Of a stretch of 64,000 bases of DNA, positions 42,048 through 51,573 are shown piece after piece. The first letter of the stretch is position 1, and every line of letters begins with the position of its first letter. Origin of the DNA: Phormidesmis sp. (GTDB lineage: Bacteria > Cyanobacteriota > Cyanobacteriia > Leptolyngbyales > Leptolyngbyaceae); assembly GCA_965248535.1 (NCBI GenBank), contig CBDFJR010000002.1, positions 2,112,001 through 2,176,000 on the forward strand, in the 5' to 3' direction. Below the pieces are notes generated by a model, which saw only the letters and a program-made list of their open reading frames with translations, was not told where the DNA came from and ran no database searches. Both the position numbers and the translations under genes were made by a program.

Positions 42048-42875
42048 ATGACGTACACCCGAAAATCACCAATTCTGGCTAATTTTCAGAAGAAAGACAG
42101 CATTTGTAATATTTGTCAGAAGGAAAAAGAGTTGTCACTCGATCATGTACCGCCTCAAGCTTGTCCACCAGCTAAAAGTAGGGTAACTTCTAAACTTCTG
42201 TATCAGATGATTGGTGACACTTCATTCCGTCCTCGACTGGATCAAAATGGCGTAACATTTAAGACAATATGCTCCGATTGCAACAACTTGATAGGGTCGA
42301 GATATGACCAAGCTTTGGGAGATCTTTCCCGAAGAATTGAGAGCTTTGTCGAAAGTACTCTAAGTTTGCCAGATTCCTTTGAGGTCGAGTGCCAACCCAA
42401 TGCAGTGATGCGTTCTGTCTTAGGACATCTTCTTGCAGCTAAAACTGAGACGGATGAAGTAGTTATAGATGAGCTGATTAGACCTTGTGTAATAGATCCG
42501 TCAATGCCAATTCATGATGATATTCATGTTTTCTACTGGGTCTATCCTTACGAAGAGACGGTAATTTTCAGAGATTTCCTCATGCAGGCGGTAAGAGGTA
42601 GCTTTCAAGGTATTGGAGCCTTTAATCTGCTCAAGTTTTATCCGCTCGCCTTTTTAGTTACACATCAACTTCCCAAATACGAGGGTTTGTCTAGCCTGCA
42701 CCAATTTAATCAGATTGCACCAGGTGAAAAGAGCAATGTTCAAATCAACTTGCGTGCTACAAAACAGTCCAGGTTTCCCGAAGAATGTTCTCACAATAAC
42801 TTCCTTGCATTTGGAAGAGCTGAAAGAGATTCCGTCCATTCAGTTCCGAAGTCGAAAAAGGGCAAGGCTCGGTGA
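42048..42875 (+). CDS. HNH-like endonuclease domain protein
   Basis: CNIC...LSLDHVPP...TICSDCNN zinc/HNH motif; AT-rich; no HIP1 seen. Confidence 0.7.
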   Translation: MTYTRKSPILANFQKKDSICNICQKEKELSLDHVPPQACPPAKSRVTSKLLYQMIGDTSFRPRLDQNGVTFKTICSDCNNLIGSRYDQALGDLSRRIESFVESTLSLPDSFEVECQPNAVMRSVLGHLLAAKTETDEVVIDELIRPCVIDPSMPIHDDIHVFYWVYPYEETVIFRDFLMQAVRGSFQGIGAFNLLKFYPLAFLVTHQLPKYEGLSSLHQFNQIAPGEKSNVQINLRATKQSRFPEECSHNNFLAFGRAERDSVHSVPKSKKGKAR

Positions 42876-42966
42876 ACCTGTGAAACTGCCCAGAACCCAC
42901 CATAATTAATCGGCTCTTTATCCTAATATTTGAGATCTATTTGAGAATCCGATTTGCCTGAACTCT

Positions 42967-43467
42967 ATGCAATATCTTCCGTGTGCCATTGCGCTTGGCA
43001 GCAATCTGGGAGACTCCCAGACTATTTTAAAGCTTGCCCTCGAAACCCTCGATCGCACACCGGGGATCAGCGTCGTGCAGCGATCGTCAGTCTACTCTAC
43101 CAAAGCGTTGATCTTGCCTGACAGTCTGCCTCAGCCTGACTATCTTAACCAGTGTGCACTACTGAAAACTACGCTCACTCCGCACGAATTATTACAGGCT
43201 CTTTTAGGGGTCGAGCTTCAGTTTGGCCGAGTCAGACAGCAGCGATGGAGTGCCCGCACTCTTGACTTAGACTTGCTCCTGTTTGATGATGTAATCCTAA
43301 ATACGTCTGATTTGCAAATTCCCCATCCGCGAATGCTCGATCGGGCTTTTGTTCTGGTTCCTCTAGCAGAAATTGCTTCTGACTGGGTAGAGCCTCAAAC
43401 GGGTGCCACGATCACTCAACTCACTCGACTCGTCGATCGCTCAGGGGTCAAACAGGCTATATCGTAG
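42967..43467 (+). CDS. folK: 6-hydroxymethyl-7,8-dihydropterin pyrophosphokinase
   Basis: IALGSNLGD, RTLDLDLL, PHPRMLDRAFVLVPLAEI. Confidence 0.95.
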   Translation: MQYLPCAIALGSNLGDSQTILKLALETLDRTPGISVVQRSSVYSTKALILPDSLPQPDYLNQCALLKTTLTPHELLQALLGVELQFGRVRQQRWSARTLDLDLLLFDDVILNTSDLQIPHPRMLDRAFVLVPLAEIASDWVEPQTGATITQLTRLVDRSGVKQAIS

Positions 43468-43497
43468 AAACTTTTTATCCTTTACCCTTATTTGCTC

Positions 43498-44046
43498 ATG
43501 GCTTTGGGTTCAGAACCGCCTCAGTTGCTCAAACAGCGCCTTTCCTATAAAGGGCGCAAGTTTAATTTTGAAGTCAATCGTCTGCGCTTGCCCAACAAGT
43601 CTGAAGGCGAATGGGAATGTATACGTCATCCCGGTGGGGCGCTAGCTGTGCCGATTACGCCCGATGGCAAGCTGGTGTTGACTCGACAATATCGCTTCAC
43701 CGTGCAGGGGCGACTGCTAGAGTTTCCGGCAGGGACGCTGGAGATTGGAGAAGATCCGGCAGGGACGATCGAGCGCGAGATTCAAGAAGAAGTGGGCTAT
43801 CGAGCGGGTGCCTTGAAAAAACTCGGTGAGTTCTTTTTGGCTCCGGGATATTCAGATGAGATTATTTATGCGTTTCTAGCTACGGATTTAGAGTTGCTAG
43901 AAAACCCTCCTCAGCAAGATGACGACGAGGATCTTGAAACCGTTTTGATGACTCCTGAAGAAGTAGAACAGGCGATCCATACAGGTGATCTCACCGATGC
44001 CAAGTCGATCTGTAGCTTTATGCTGGCGAAACCATTCTTAACTTGA
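43498..44046 (+). CDS. NUDIX hydrolase (ADP-ribose pyrophosphatase-like)
   Basis: EFPAGTLE..E......EREIQEEVG Nudix box; RQYRF; DAKS. Confidence 0.92.
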   Translation: MALGSEPPQLLKQRLSYKGRKFNFEVNRLRLPNKSEGEWECIRHPGGALAVPITPDGKLVLTRQYRFTVQGRLLEFPAGTLEIGEDPAGTIEREIQEEVGYRAGALKKLGEFFLAPGYSDEIIYAFLATDLELLENPPQQDDDEDLETVLMTPEEVEQAIHTGDLTDAKSICSFMLAKPFLT

Positions 44047-44102
44047 GAGATAGTAGAGAGGTGGCAACCTGTTCGCTGCCTGTTCTCTATTGATCTAGTT
44101 TT

Positions 44103-45542
44103 ATGTCTGATCTAATTTTATTTGTGCACCGTCGAGATCTGCGAACGGCAGATAATGTGGGGCTAGCGATCGCGCGTCAACGATCGCCCAAAGTGGTTGG
44201 GGTTTTTTGTCTCGATCCCAGCATTCTGAGACGGGATGACATTGCCCCGGCGCGGGTGACCTATATGATCGGGAGTCTACGATCGCTTCAGCAGCGCTAT
44301 GCCCAAGCAGGAAGTCAACTGCTGATTCTCAACGCCGATCCCCGCGAGGCCGTTCCCAAGTTAGCAAGAGCACTGAATGCCAAAGCCGTTTTCTGGAATT
44401 GGGACGTTGAGCCATATTCTCAAGAGCGCGATCGGGCGATGATCTCTGCCCTCAACCAAGCCGGAATCGAGGTCAAAACGTCTTGGGATCAGTTAATGCA
44501 CTCTCCCGAAGAAATCAAATCGGGTTCGGGTTCGCCCTACACGGTTTATTCTCCGTTTTGGCGCAACTGGGTCAGCAAACCTAAAGCAGAGCCAATGCCG
44601 GACTTTGCCGGGGCAGAAGGATTGACCGACGCAGAAGCAGAAACTGCAAAATCTGCGGGTACGATCGCGCTTCCGACCGCCAAAGATTTGGGCTTTGTTT
44701 GGGACAATTCTTTAATGCTAGAACCGGGCGAACAAGCTGCCCAACAGCGATTAGACGAGTTTTGTCAATCGGCTATCAATGCTTATCAAGACCAGCGCAA
44801 CTTTCCGGCAAATCCGGGCACGTCGCGGCTGAGTGCGGCGCTTAAATTTGGGGTGATTGGCGTGCGATCGGTGTGGGCAGCCACTGTGACCGCCTTAGAG
44901 CAAAGCCGCAGTGATGAGACTCAAGCCAGCATCCAGACTTGGCGACAAGAGTTGGCGTGGCGAGAATTTTATCAACACGTCATGTATTTTTTCCCAGAGT
45001 TGGCAGAAGGGGCTTATCGCAAAGTTCTCAAGACTTTTCCGTGGGAGAACAATGAGGATTATTTTCAGGCGTGGTGTGAAGGGAAAACGGGCTACCCGAT
45101 CGTCGATGCTGCCATGCGCCAAATGAACGAAGCCGCTTGGATGCACAATCGTTGTCGGATGATTGTCGCCAGTTTTTTAACCAAAGACCTGATCGTGGAT
45201 TTTCGGTTAGGCGAGAAATATTTTATGCAGAAACTCTACGATGGCGATCTGTCTGCTAATAACGGCGGCTGGCAGTGGAGCGCATCCAGCGGCATGGATC
45301 CTAAACCATTACGGATTTTCAACCCTGCGAGTCAGGCTAAAAAATTCGACGCGGACGCAGACTACATTCGCCAATGGTTGCCAGAGTTACGCGGCGTTGA
45401 GACCAAAGATTTGATTACGGGAGAGATTTCTCAATACGATCGCGATCGCTGTGGTTATCCGGCTGCGATCGTTGATCACAATCAACAACAGCGCAAATTT
45501 AAAGAACACTATCAACAGCAAAAGGCAGATCTGGTTGAGTAA
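44103..45542 (+). CDS. phrA: Class I CPD DNA photolyase
   Basis: HRRDLR, TSRLS, ELAWREFY, TGYPIVDAAMRQ, MHNRCRM, NNGGWQW, RIFNP. Confidence 0.93.
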   Translation: MSDLILFVHRRDLRTADNVGLAIARQRSPKVVGVFCLDPSILRRDDIAPARVTYMIGSLRSLQQRYAQAGSQLLILNADPREAVPKLARALNAKAVFWNWDVEPYSQERDRAMISALNQAGIEVKTSWDQLMHSPEEIKSGSGSPYTVYSPFWRNWVSKPKAEPMPDFAGAEGLTDAEAETAKSAGTIALPTAKDLGFVWDNSLMLEPGEQAAQQRLDEFCQSAINAYQDQRNFPANPGTSRLSAALKFGVIGVRSVWAATVTALEQSRSDETQASIQTWRQELAWREFYQHVMYFFPELAEGAYRKVLKTFPWENNEDYFQAWCEGKTGYPIVDAAMRQMNEAAWMHNRCRMIVASFLTKDLIVDFRLGEKYFMQKLYDGDLSANNGGWQWSASSGMDPKPLRIFNPASQAKKFDADADYIRQWLPELRGVETKDLITGEISQYDRDRCGYPAAIVDHNQQQRKFKEHYQQQKADLVE

Positions 45543-45550
45543 AAAATTGG

Positions 45551-47464
45551 TTAACCAAGCTGCTCGATCGCTTGCTGAAACGCTTTTGAAATCACACCTT
45601 CTGGCATGGCTTTGATGACTTCTTGCCCTTGCTGGATTAAAAACTGCCTAAAAAACCAATCCTTTTCAGCCTCTGCTAACAGCACTTGCTGAACCAATTC
45701 AGTTTGAGTATCAGGGGTGGTGGCAATCTGCTGGCTAGCGAAGTGATTTAAGAGATTTTCGGCGGCGGTTGCAGGTTGGTCATTGCCTGGATGCGTTACC
45801 AACTGGCGTACTTGACTTGCCGCTTCATCGTAGTTAATCTTCCCTGATCCTGCGAGGTTGGCGATCGTGCTTCCAGAAATCACAAAGCTATTACCAAACG
45901 GTTTTTTACTATAGTTTTCGCTGGCGGCGGCAAGGCTGCGGGTGATTCCCATCAGTTGTGAGATCTGCTGATCTTTGGCGGCAAGCTGTTCTTCTAAAAC
46001 GCCGTAGCTTCTCATTAAGTGTTGCTCAACTTCTTGCCTAGAAGCGCCTTCGCGATGGGTCACTTTCACAATCCACAAGTCGCCGCGCCGCTCAATGCCC
46101 TTTAGCTGCAAGTCGAGACCATCATCCTCTAATTCCACATTCTGAAAGGCAAAGCTGAGGGCACGCAGATTTACGCCATCTTTGAACACTAACTCAACGG
46201 CATTTTTGACTTTTTGAAACAGGTTCTCAAATTCACCGGGTTCAAAGTTGCGGTCGACGGGGTAGCGATCGCTGGGTTTGTCATGCTCATATTCTCGATA
46301 AACGTAGTCACACTGAACGTTTGTAAAACACGTCTCGCCGTTGGTGCTCCAGTCTTTGATGCAAACTCCGGTGAGATTGGCTTCGCTAAAATTTACACCC
46401 GTAACCTGCGATCGTAGTAAAATAGCGTCACGCAAGTCTGTTCCTCTTAAGTCCGCTCCATCTAGATTGGCTTCTGCCAGATTCAGTCTTTGCATCTGAG
46501 CAGATTTTAGATTTGCTCCTCGCAAGTTTGTGCGGCTAAAATCCTGTTCGTCGCTATATCCATGCGTCAATAGTTCCTGAACTTTAGGATGGTTGAGATC
46601 CAGGTATCGGTTATCGACTCTGGCACGTTCCAGTCCGGTGACACCGTTTAAGCAGGTTCGATAGAGCCGCCGTGCCCGAAAATCACAGTTAGCTAAGTGA
46701 GAATTTGAAAAGTCAATTTCGCTTAAATCTAAGTTGTAAAAGGAGGTGCCACCCCAAGAGGCAAGGGCGATCGACCAAGATTTTAAGAATTGAAGATCTC
46801 GCGCTAATTTTTGATTTGCCTTTGTAATTACGTTGCTGGCTCTAAGCAGGCAATAGCTTGTTAGAAATCCAGCTAGAATTTTCAGAACTGGAAAGTAGGG
46901 GGTGTCTCTAGGCGTACTGCCCATATAAGAGTAGGCAACCGCAGTTGATATTGAGATTGTTAAGATTAGATAAATCGTCCCGAAATGTCTTCTATTTGAC
47001 AGCGTAGAAATGAGTGACAGAGATAACCCATTAGCAACTAGGCTGAGAGAGACGACTGCTAAAGCGACGATCGCAAGCAGCAAAATTGCCCCAATCAGTT
47101 CTGTCGTTCTAAATGTTAAAACTGATGAAACTAACATCAATAAGATAAAGGAACTTGTCTTCCACAGACTGCTGCCTAAACCACGAAAAATTATTTCTGC
47201 AACCCAAATGCTGATGATGGAAACAACTACTAAAACGAGAAAGACTGATTGGTTAAAGCCTAAGATAGTACGACTGATCGTGACCGCAAAGGTACTGCCT
47301 AAAAAACCCAGAAGGCAGCCAGTTGAAATAGCAATCAGTACCACTAAGGTCACTAGCAATAATCTAAAGATTGCAGGCTGACCAAACTTAACAGATTGAA
47401 AGTTAGACTTTAGGGCGATTTGTGTGAAGCGTCTGCCAAGAATTGCCTCTGAGTTATTGTTCAC
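45551..47464 (-). CDS. Multi-pass membrane pentapeptide-repeat protein with C-terminal coiled coil, G/S/N motif and helical domain
   Basis: About six TM segments, GGTSF..LDLSEIDF, A(N/D)L repeats, CDYVY...F.PGEFE, then NSFVISGSTIANLAGSGKINYDE and a helical tail. Confidence 0.85.
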   Translation of the reverse strand: MNNNSEAILGRRFTQIALKSNFQSVKFGQPAIFRLLLVTLVVLIAISTGCLLGFLGSTFAVTISRTILGFNQSVFLVLVVVSIISIWVAEIIFRGLGSSLWKTSSFILLMLVSSVLTFRTTELIGAILLLAIVALAVVSLSLVANGLSLSLISTLSNRRHFGTIYLILTISISTAVAYSYMGSTPRDTPYFPVLKILAGFLTSYCLLRASNVITKANQKLARDLQFLKSWSIALASWGGTSFYNLDLSEIDFSNSHLANCDFRARRLYRTCLNGVTGLERARVDNRYLDLNHPKVQELLTHGYSDEQDFSRTNLRGANLKSAQMQRLNLAEANLDGADLRGTDLRDAILLRSQVTGVNFSEANLTGVCIKDWSTNGETCFTNVQCDYVYREYEHDKPSDRYPVDRNFEPGEFENLFQKVKNAVELVFKDGVNLRALSFAFQNVELEDDGLDLQLKGIERRGDLWIVKVTHREGASRQEVEQHLMRSYGVLEEQLAAKDQQISQLMGITRSLAAASENYSKKPFGNSFVISGSTIANLAGSGKINYDEAASQVRQLVTHPGNDQPATAAENLLNHFASQQIATTPDTQTELVQQVLLAEAEKDWFFRQFLIQQGQEVIKAMPEGVISKAFQQAIEQLG

Positions 47465-47493
47465 CGTAGGTTGAAAGTTATGGGGATTAACTA

Positions 47494-49401
47494 ATGGTTT
47501 CTTACAGAATACTAAAAAATAGCATACTGGGTGGAGCTGACTTTTGCAGCGTAGCGGAGGGTGGAGTCAGAGTAGTTTGCGAAAGTAACTATCCGACTGG
47601 TGAGATTAGAGACATTGAGTTGAGCGATCCGATCGGAGGTCAAGAGTTAGCAGATATTCTGAATGCTCGATCGCTGGAATCGATCAAACAAGCATCAAAA
47701 TTAGTTTACGGTGAATCTGACTTTCTGCCCTTTGCTTTTTTAGGTCATGGACTGAGAGCGGGTGCGGCAGTTTGTCGATTGGTTCGTCACTACTCGGATG
47801 ATGGAATAGACAAACTTATTGAGATGATTCAAGAGGTAAACTATAGCAAACTTGAAATTCGTGAGCTGCTGAAAACTTCAAAGATAGAGATTTTAGATGA
47901 TTTTTGGGGAACTTATGAGCAAGTATCCGATGCGTTAAAAGCAGATCAAACGATTAGAGAACAACTCAAAGAACGGTTTAAGAAAGCAATGCCGATCGCG
48001 TATGGAACAGGTTTTTTAGTCGGTCGAAATCACCTATTAACTAATCATCATGTTTTAAGCGATCCAAGTGCGGTAGGAGAGTTTACAGCACAGTTTTGCT
48101 ATGAACAAAACTCTTCGGATGAAGAGACTTTACCCTTTGAATATAAGCTCGACGCAAGTGTTTTTAAGACTGACTCAGACTTAGACTACACCTTAGTTGG
48201 CGTTCGACCCCTCAATTCTGAGACCGTCTCTAAAGACGGCATGAAATACTATCGTGATGAATCAGGTAAAAACTATTTAACCTTTCGTGAAGCAGGCAAT
48301 AATTTTGGGTGGCTACAGATGTCTGATGATTACAAAATTATCGCGCCCCCTGTATGCAAAGACGAGGTGATGTCTGAGGCTATTGGCGATTTTGCCTTAT
48401 TTAAGGAGACAATCAACCCAGAAATTCTTCAGAAGAAACTTGAAATTTCTGATTTGCTAGGAGAACCCCTCAACATCATTCAGCACCCCAAAGGACGAGA
48501 GAAAGAAATTGTTATCTACAACAATAGGGTGCAAAAAATATACCCACAATTCATTCAATATGAAACCGATGCGGAGCCTGGTTCATCAGGCAGTCCACTT
48601 TTTAATTCACAATGGCAATTAGTTGGGCTACATCACTCGGCTTTAGTTGAAGAGTTAGGAAAAGTAGCGGGTTATTTGGGCACTCGAATTCATCACATTG
48701 TTAAAGATTTGCAAAAGAGCAACGATGCAAAAACGAAAGAATTTATAGATCGGTTTGTGACAAATCCTCGAAAAGGAACTATCTATCTTCTGGCGGGCTT
48801 GAAGAGAGACGGAGTGGTCGAAAGTCCAGTTCTTGAAGCTGACCAAATGACAATTTTAGGTAATCGCATTAATAAGCTATTCAGTGGAGAATTCTCTAAA
48901 CATGGATTTGAACTTCAGCTAGTTCCTGAAGAATTTCGGCAGAATGAAGATCGAGCGATCGAGTGGATCAATCAGCAAGATTACAATGTTGGCGATGTTG
49001 CCCTCGAAATCGTGACCGACTCTATCCCTGAAAATCAAACCGTGCGAGGATCGGCGGCTTATTATTTCAAAGACAGTTTAGAACGTAAATCTCATGCTGA
49101 ACTGCTGCTGCAATCGTTGCTAAAAAGAGTTCCAGATCTGCCCGATCGCGGCACAAAATCTGATAGGGCCACCAAAGGTAGAAGATTGCCCTTCTGTCGT
49201 GATATTTTTATGCCATCACTGGTGCTGTATGTCGGATTTTTGACTAATTCGGAAGATGTGAATGTGATTAAAACTCAATCAGAAAACATTGCCCAAGGCA
49301 TTTCTGAAGGGCTGGTTCTTTGGGCTAAAAGCGTTAGTCCTCTTAATTCTGAGATTGCCCTATTTCGACCCACTTATCTACCTAGAATTGTCGAAGCATA
49401 A
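47494..49401 (+). CDS. Trypsin-like serine protease fused to a degenerate Amidase_3-like domain
   Basis: Catalytic triad LTNHHV / LDYTLV / PGSSGSP; IIQHPKG; C-terminal GDVALEI...RGSAAYY...PSLVLYVGFLTN. Start uncertain. Confidence 0.82.
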   Translation: MVSYRILKNSILGGADFCSVAEGGVRVVCESNYPTGEIRDIELSDPIGGQELADILNARSLESIKQASKLVYGESDFLPFAFLGHGLRAGAAVCRLVRHYSDDGIDKLIEMIQEVNYSKLEIRELLKTSKIEILDDFWGTYEQVSDALKADQTIREQLKERFKKAMPIAYGTGFLVGRNHLLTNHHVLSDPSAVGEFTAQFCYEQNSSDEETLPFEYKLDASVFKTDSDLDYTLVGVRPLNSETVSKDGMKYYRDESGKNYLTFREAGNNFGWLQMSDDYKIIAPPVCKDEVMSEAIGDFALFKETINPEILQKKLEISDLLGEPLNIIQHPKGREKEIVIYNNRVQKIYPQFIQYETDAEPGSSGSPLFNSQWQLVGLHHSALVEELGKVAGYLGTRIHHIVKDLQKSNDAKTKEFIDRFVTNPRKGTIYLLAGLKRDGVVESPVLEADQMTILGNRINKLFSGEFSKHGFELQLVPEEFRQNEDRAIEWINQQDYNVGDVALEIVTDSIPENQTVRGSAAYYFKDSLERKSHAELLLQSLLKRVPDLPDRGTKSDRATKGRRLPFCRDIFMPSLVLYVGFLTNSEDVNVIKTQSENIAQGISEGLVLWAKSVSPLNSEIALFRPTYLPRIVEA

Positions 49402-49416
49402 GCTTTAGAAAGGAGA

Positions 49417-50109
49417 TTACTTGGTGAGTAGAACGGGCGTTAAAAACTCTTCAATTCCTGCCATACGAATTGCAGCACACCCAAATTTGTAAGCTCTCTC
49501 AACCGATTCACCCGCCACGATCGCATCATAAAACCCCACCGAAAACTCGATCGCGGCTTTGTCTCCGATCGCTTGATTCATCCCAATCACATAAGGGATA
49601 TGTTGAGCGATCGCCGTTGCCTGAGTTTCTGAATAACAAGCATTAAGCAAAACGCAGGTGATCTGATCAGCAAACAATTCAAATAAATCTGCTAGTGCTT
49701 CGGCACTGACCAACGTCACTTCACCGATCTCATTTTCTAGAGCCAGTCCCTCAGCTCCGACTCCATGTCCACAAAAATGGACAAACTGAGGCTTGCAGTC
49801 TGATAAAGCGCGACGCACATCTCTAGGACGAACTGCCCATTTTTGTTCCAAGAGCAAGCGATCGTTCTGACCATTTCGCTGCAACCCAGCCTCAATTTCT
49901 CGCACCTCTTCACCCAGTCGTAGCTGTGAGGTGCCTTTAGGGTTTGCTGCCAAAATCAAAATCGTCGATCGTTGCGTCTGACTCTCTGCTGATTGATCGG
50001 GTGATGGAGAGTCGGTGAGATTGGGGTTAGAAACTTCTTGGTAATGAATATCGCCAGATCCAGCTAGATTCGTAATGTTGCTTCCCGATATGTTGAATGA
50101 ATTATTCAT
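49417..50109 (-). CDS. CHAT-domain (caspase-like) protein with a short N-terminal motif
   Basis: ILILAANP..T..LRL.EEVREI; His in VHFCGHG; Cys in VLLNACYS; IGM...IGD.AA..F..GFY. Confidence 0.9.
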   Translation of the reverse strand: MNNSFNISGSNITNLAGSGDIHYQEVSNPNLTDSPSPDQSAESQTQRSTILILAANPKGTSQLRLGEEVREIEAGLQRNGQNDRLLLEQKWAVRPRDVRRALSDCKPQFVHFCGHGVGAEGLALENEIGEVTLVSAEALADLFELFADQITCVLLNACYSETQATAIAQHIPYVIGMNQAIGDKAAIEFSVGFYDAIVAGESVERAYKFGCAAIRMAGIEEFLTPVLLTK

Positions 50110-50136
50110 GAGTTGCGGTTGTAGTAAGAGTTATTT

Positions 50137-50787
50137 CTAGACAAGATTGGGATCGATGCCGAGCGATCGTAGTCTTTCAGCTAACTGCTCTGCCCGTTCT
50201 TGGGGAGTAGGAACAAGCCGTCCATCAGCCGTAAAATAGCGAAGTTGCTCATTCTCAACGCCCAAATAAAGCTCTAGTTCCTCACTCCAACGCCAACCGT
50301 TAGAATTTGTTTCGATCGGTTGATATTGAGTTCCGGTGAAGCGAAACCCCTCAAACTCTAGTGTGTCTGGGGAAAACCAGAAATATTCTGGAGTCCGAAA
50401 GCGGTCTTGATAAAGCGTTTTCTTAAGGGTGCGGTCTATCTCGGCGGTCGAAGTTGAGAGTAGTTCAATAATCAGATTTGGATATTTGCCATCTTCTTCC
50501 CATGTCACCCAGGCGTTGCGAGGTCGCCGATCGGTTTGCTTGATTAAAAAGAAATCAGGCCCGCGAAAGTCCCGGTTTCGCAGTTGTTGACGACTGAAAT
50601 AAACAGTCAGATTTGCCCCAATAAAGAAATCGTCGCGGGTGCTCCACAAAAATTCGAGACAGGCGACCAAGAGTGCCAGTTGGGTGTAGTGTAATGAACT
50701 TTCCATTTCTGGCTCATCGCTCAAAAGTTTAGTGGCATCGGGCATTATGGCTTCTAGCTGTTGCGCGGTTATGCCTGTCATGTTCAT
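50137..50787 (-). CDS. Uma2-family (DUF820) endonuclease-like protein
   Basis: SDEPEMESSLH, FRGPDFF, PNLIIELLS.ST, TPEYFWF; start trimmed to MNMTG. Confidence 0.9.
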   Translation of the reverse strand: MNMTGITAQQLEAIMPDATKLLSDEPEMESSLHYTQLALLVACLEFLWSTRDDFFIGANLTVYFSRQQLRNRDFRGPDFFLIKQTDRRPRNAWVTWEEDGKYPNLIIELLSTSTAEIDRTLKKTLYQDRFRTPEYFWFSPDTLEFEGFRFTGTQYQPIETNSNGWRWSEELELYLGVENEQLRYFTADGRLVPTPQERAEQLAERLRSLGIDPNLV

Positions 50788-51000
50788 GGAGTTGCCTGGC
50801 GCGTTTAGTCTTATTATCCGCGATCGGTCGTAGATTACTTCAAAACTGCCGTGTGTGGTCAACAGGTAGAGACGGTTCCAAAAGCTACCATCTCCTGATT
50901 AAGAATTAATAAAAAATCCTGCTCTTGCTTTTAGGAGAGCGACTAAAGTAATAGCGAACTATCTCACGCACTGTTATTAATTGAAAAAAGGTGAATATAT

Positions 51001-51573
51001 ATGGTAGGTCAACTAGTCCCAATCGATCTAGACAAACCTTTTGCAGAACAGCAGTCAGTTAAGGAACTATTGAAGCTGCCCGAAGATAAAACTAAAAAGC
51101 TTGGATTTGATCAACTGCTAGAAATTGCAAAAGTGGCAGTCAGGAGCGAATTGGTCTCTTGTGGTTGTTCTGAAAATGCGCTAACTGGGCTGAGATTAGA
51201 ATATTTATCTCAAGCAGGAGCTGATCAACCAGAAGAAAAATACGTGCTTGAGTGGACAAAGCTCAATCAAAGCAACTCATCGATAGAGGCAGCTTCTACT
51301 GAAGAACCTCCACAACTGTCTGATAGCTTTCACACAAGACTTTTTAACAGGTTAGATGCTGAATTACCTAAAGGAGGAAACCTAACAGCAAATCGTATCA
51401 AATTCAGAGGAGCTGAAGATAGTAGTGGTATGACTTGCTGTGGCCCAGAGCCTGATACAAAGAGCTATTATAAAATAATAGATAATAATGGAGATGAAAA
51501 GTATGTTCTGAAAGATGGACAGAAATGGGAGTGCGGAAATGTAGAGTCAGGCAATCGCGATGTTATTATTTGA
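51001..51573 (+). CDS. Hypothetical protein
   Basis: 190-aa ATG ORF with AAGGTG RBS; AT-rich; 8-bp 3' overlap with the convergent gene; no family recognised. Confidence 0.6.
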   Translation: MVGQLVPIDLDKPFAEQQSVKELLKLPEDKTKKLGFDQLLEIAKVAVRSELVSCGCSENALTGLRLEYLSQAGADQPEEKYVLEWTKLNQSNSSIEAASTEEPPQLSDSFHTRLFNRLDAELPKGGNLTANRIKFRGAEDSSGMTCCGPEPDTKSYYKIIDNNGDEKYVLKDGQKWECGNVESGNRDVII

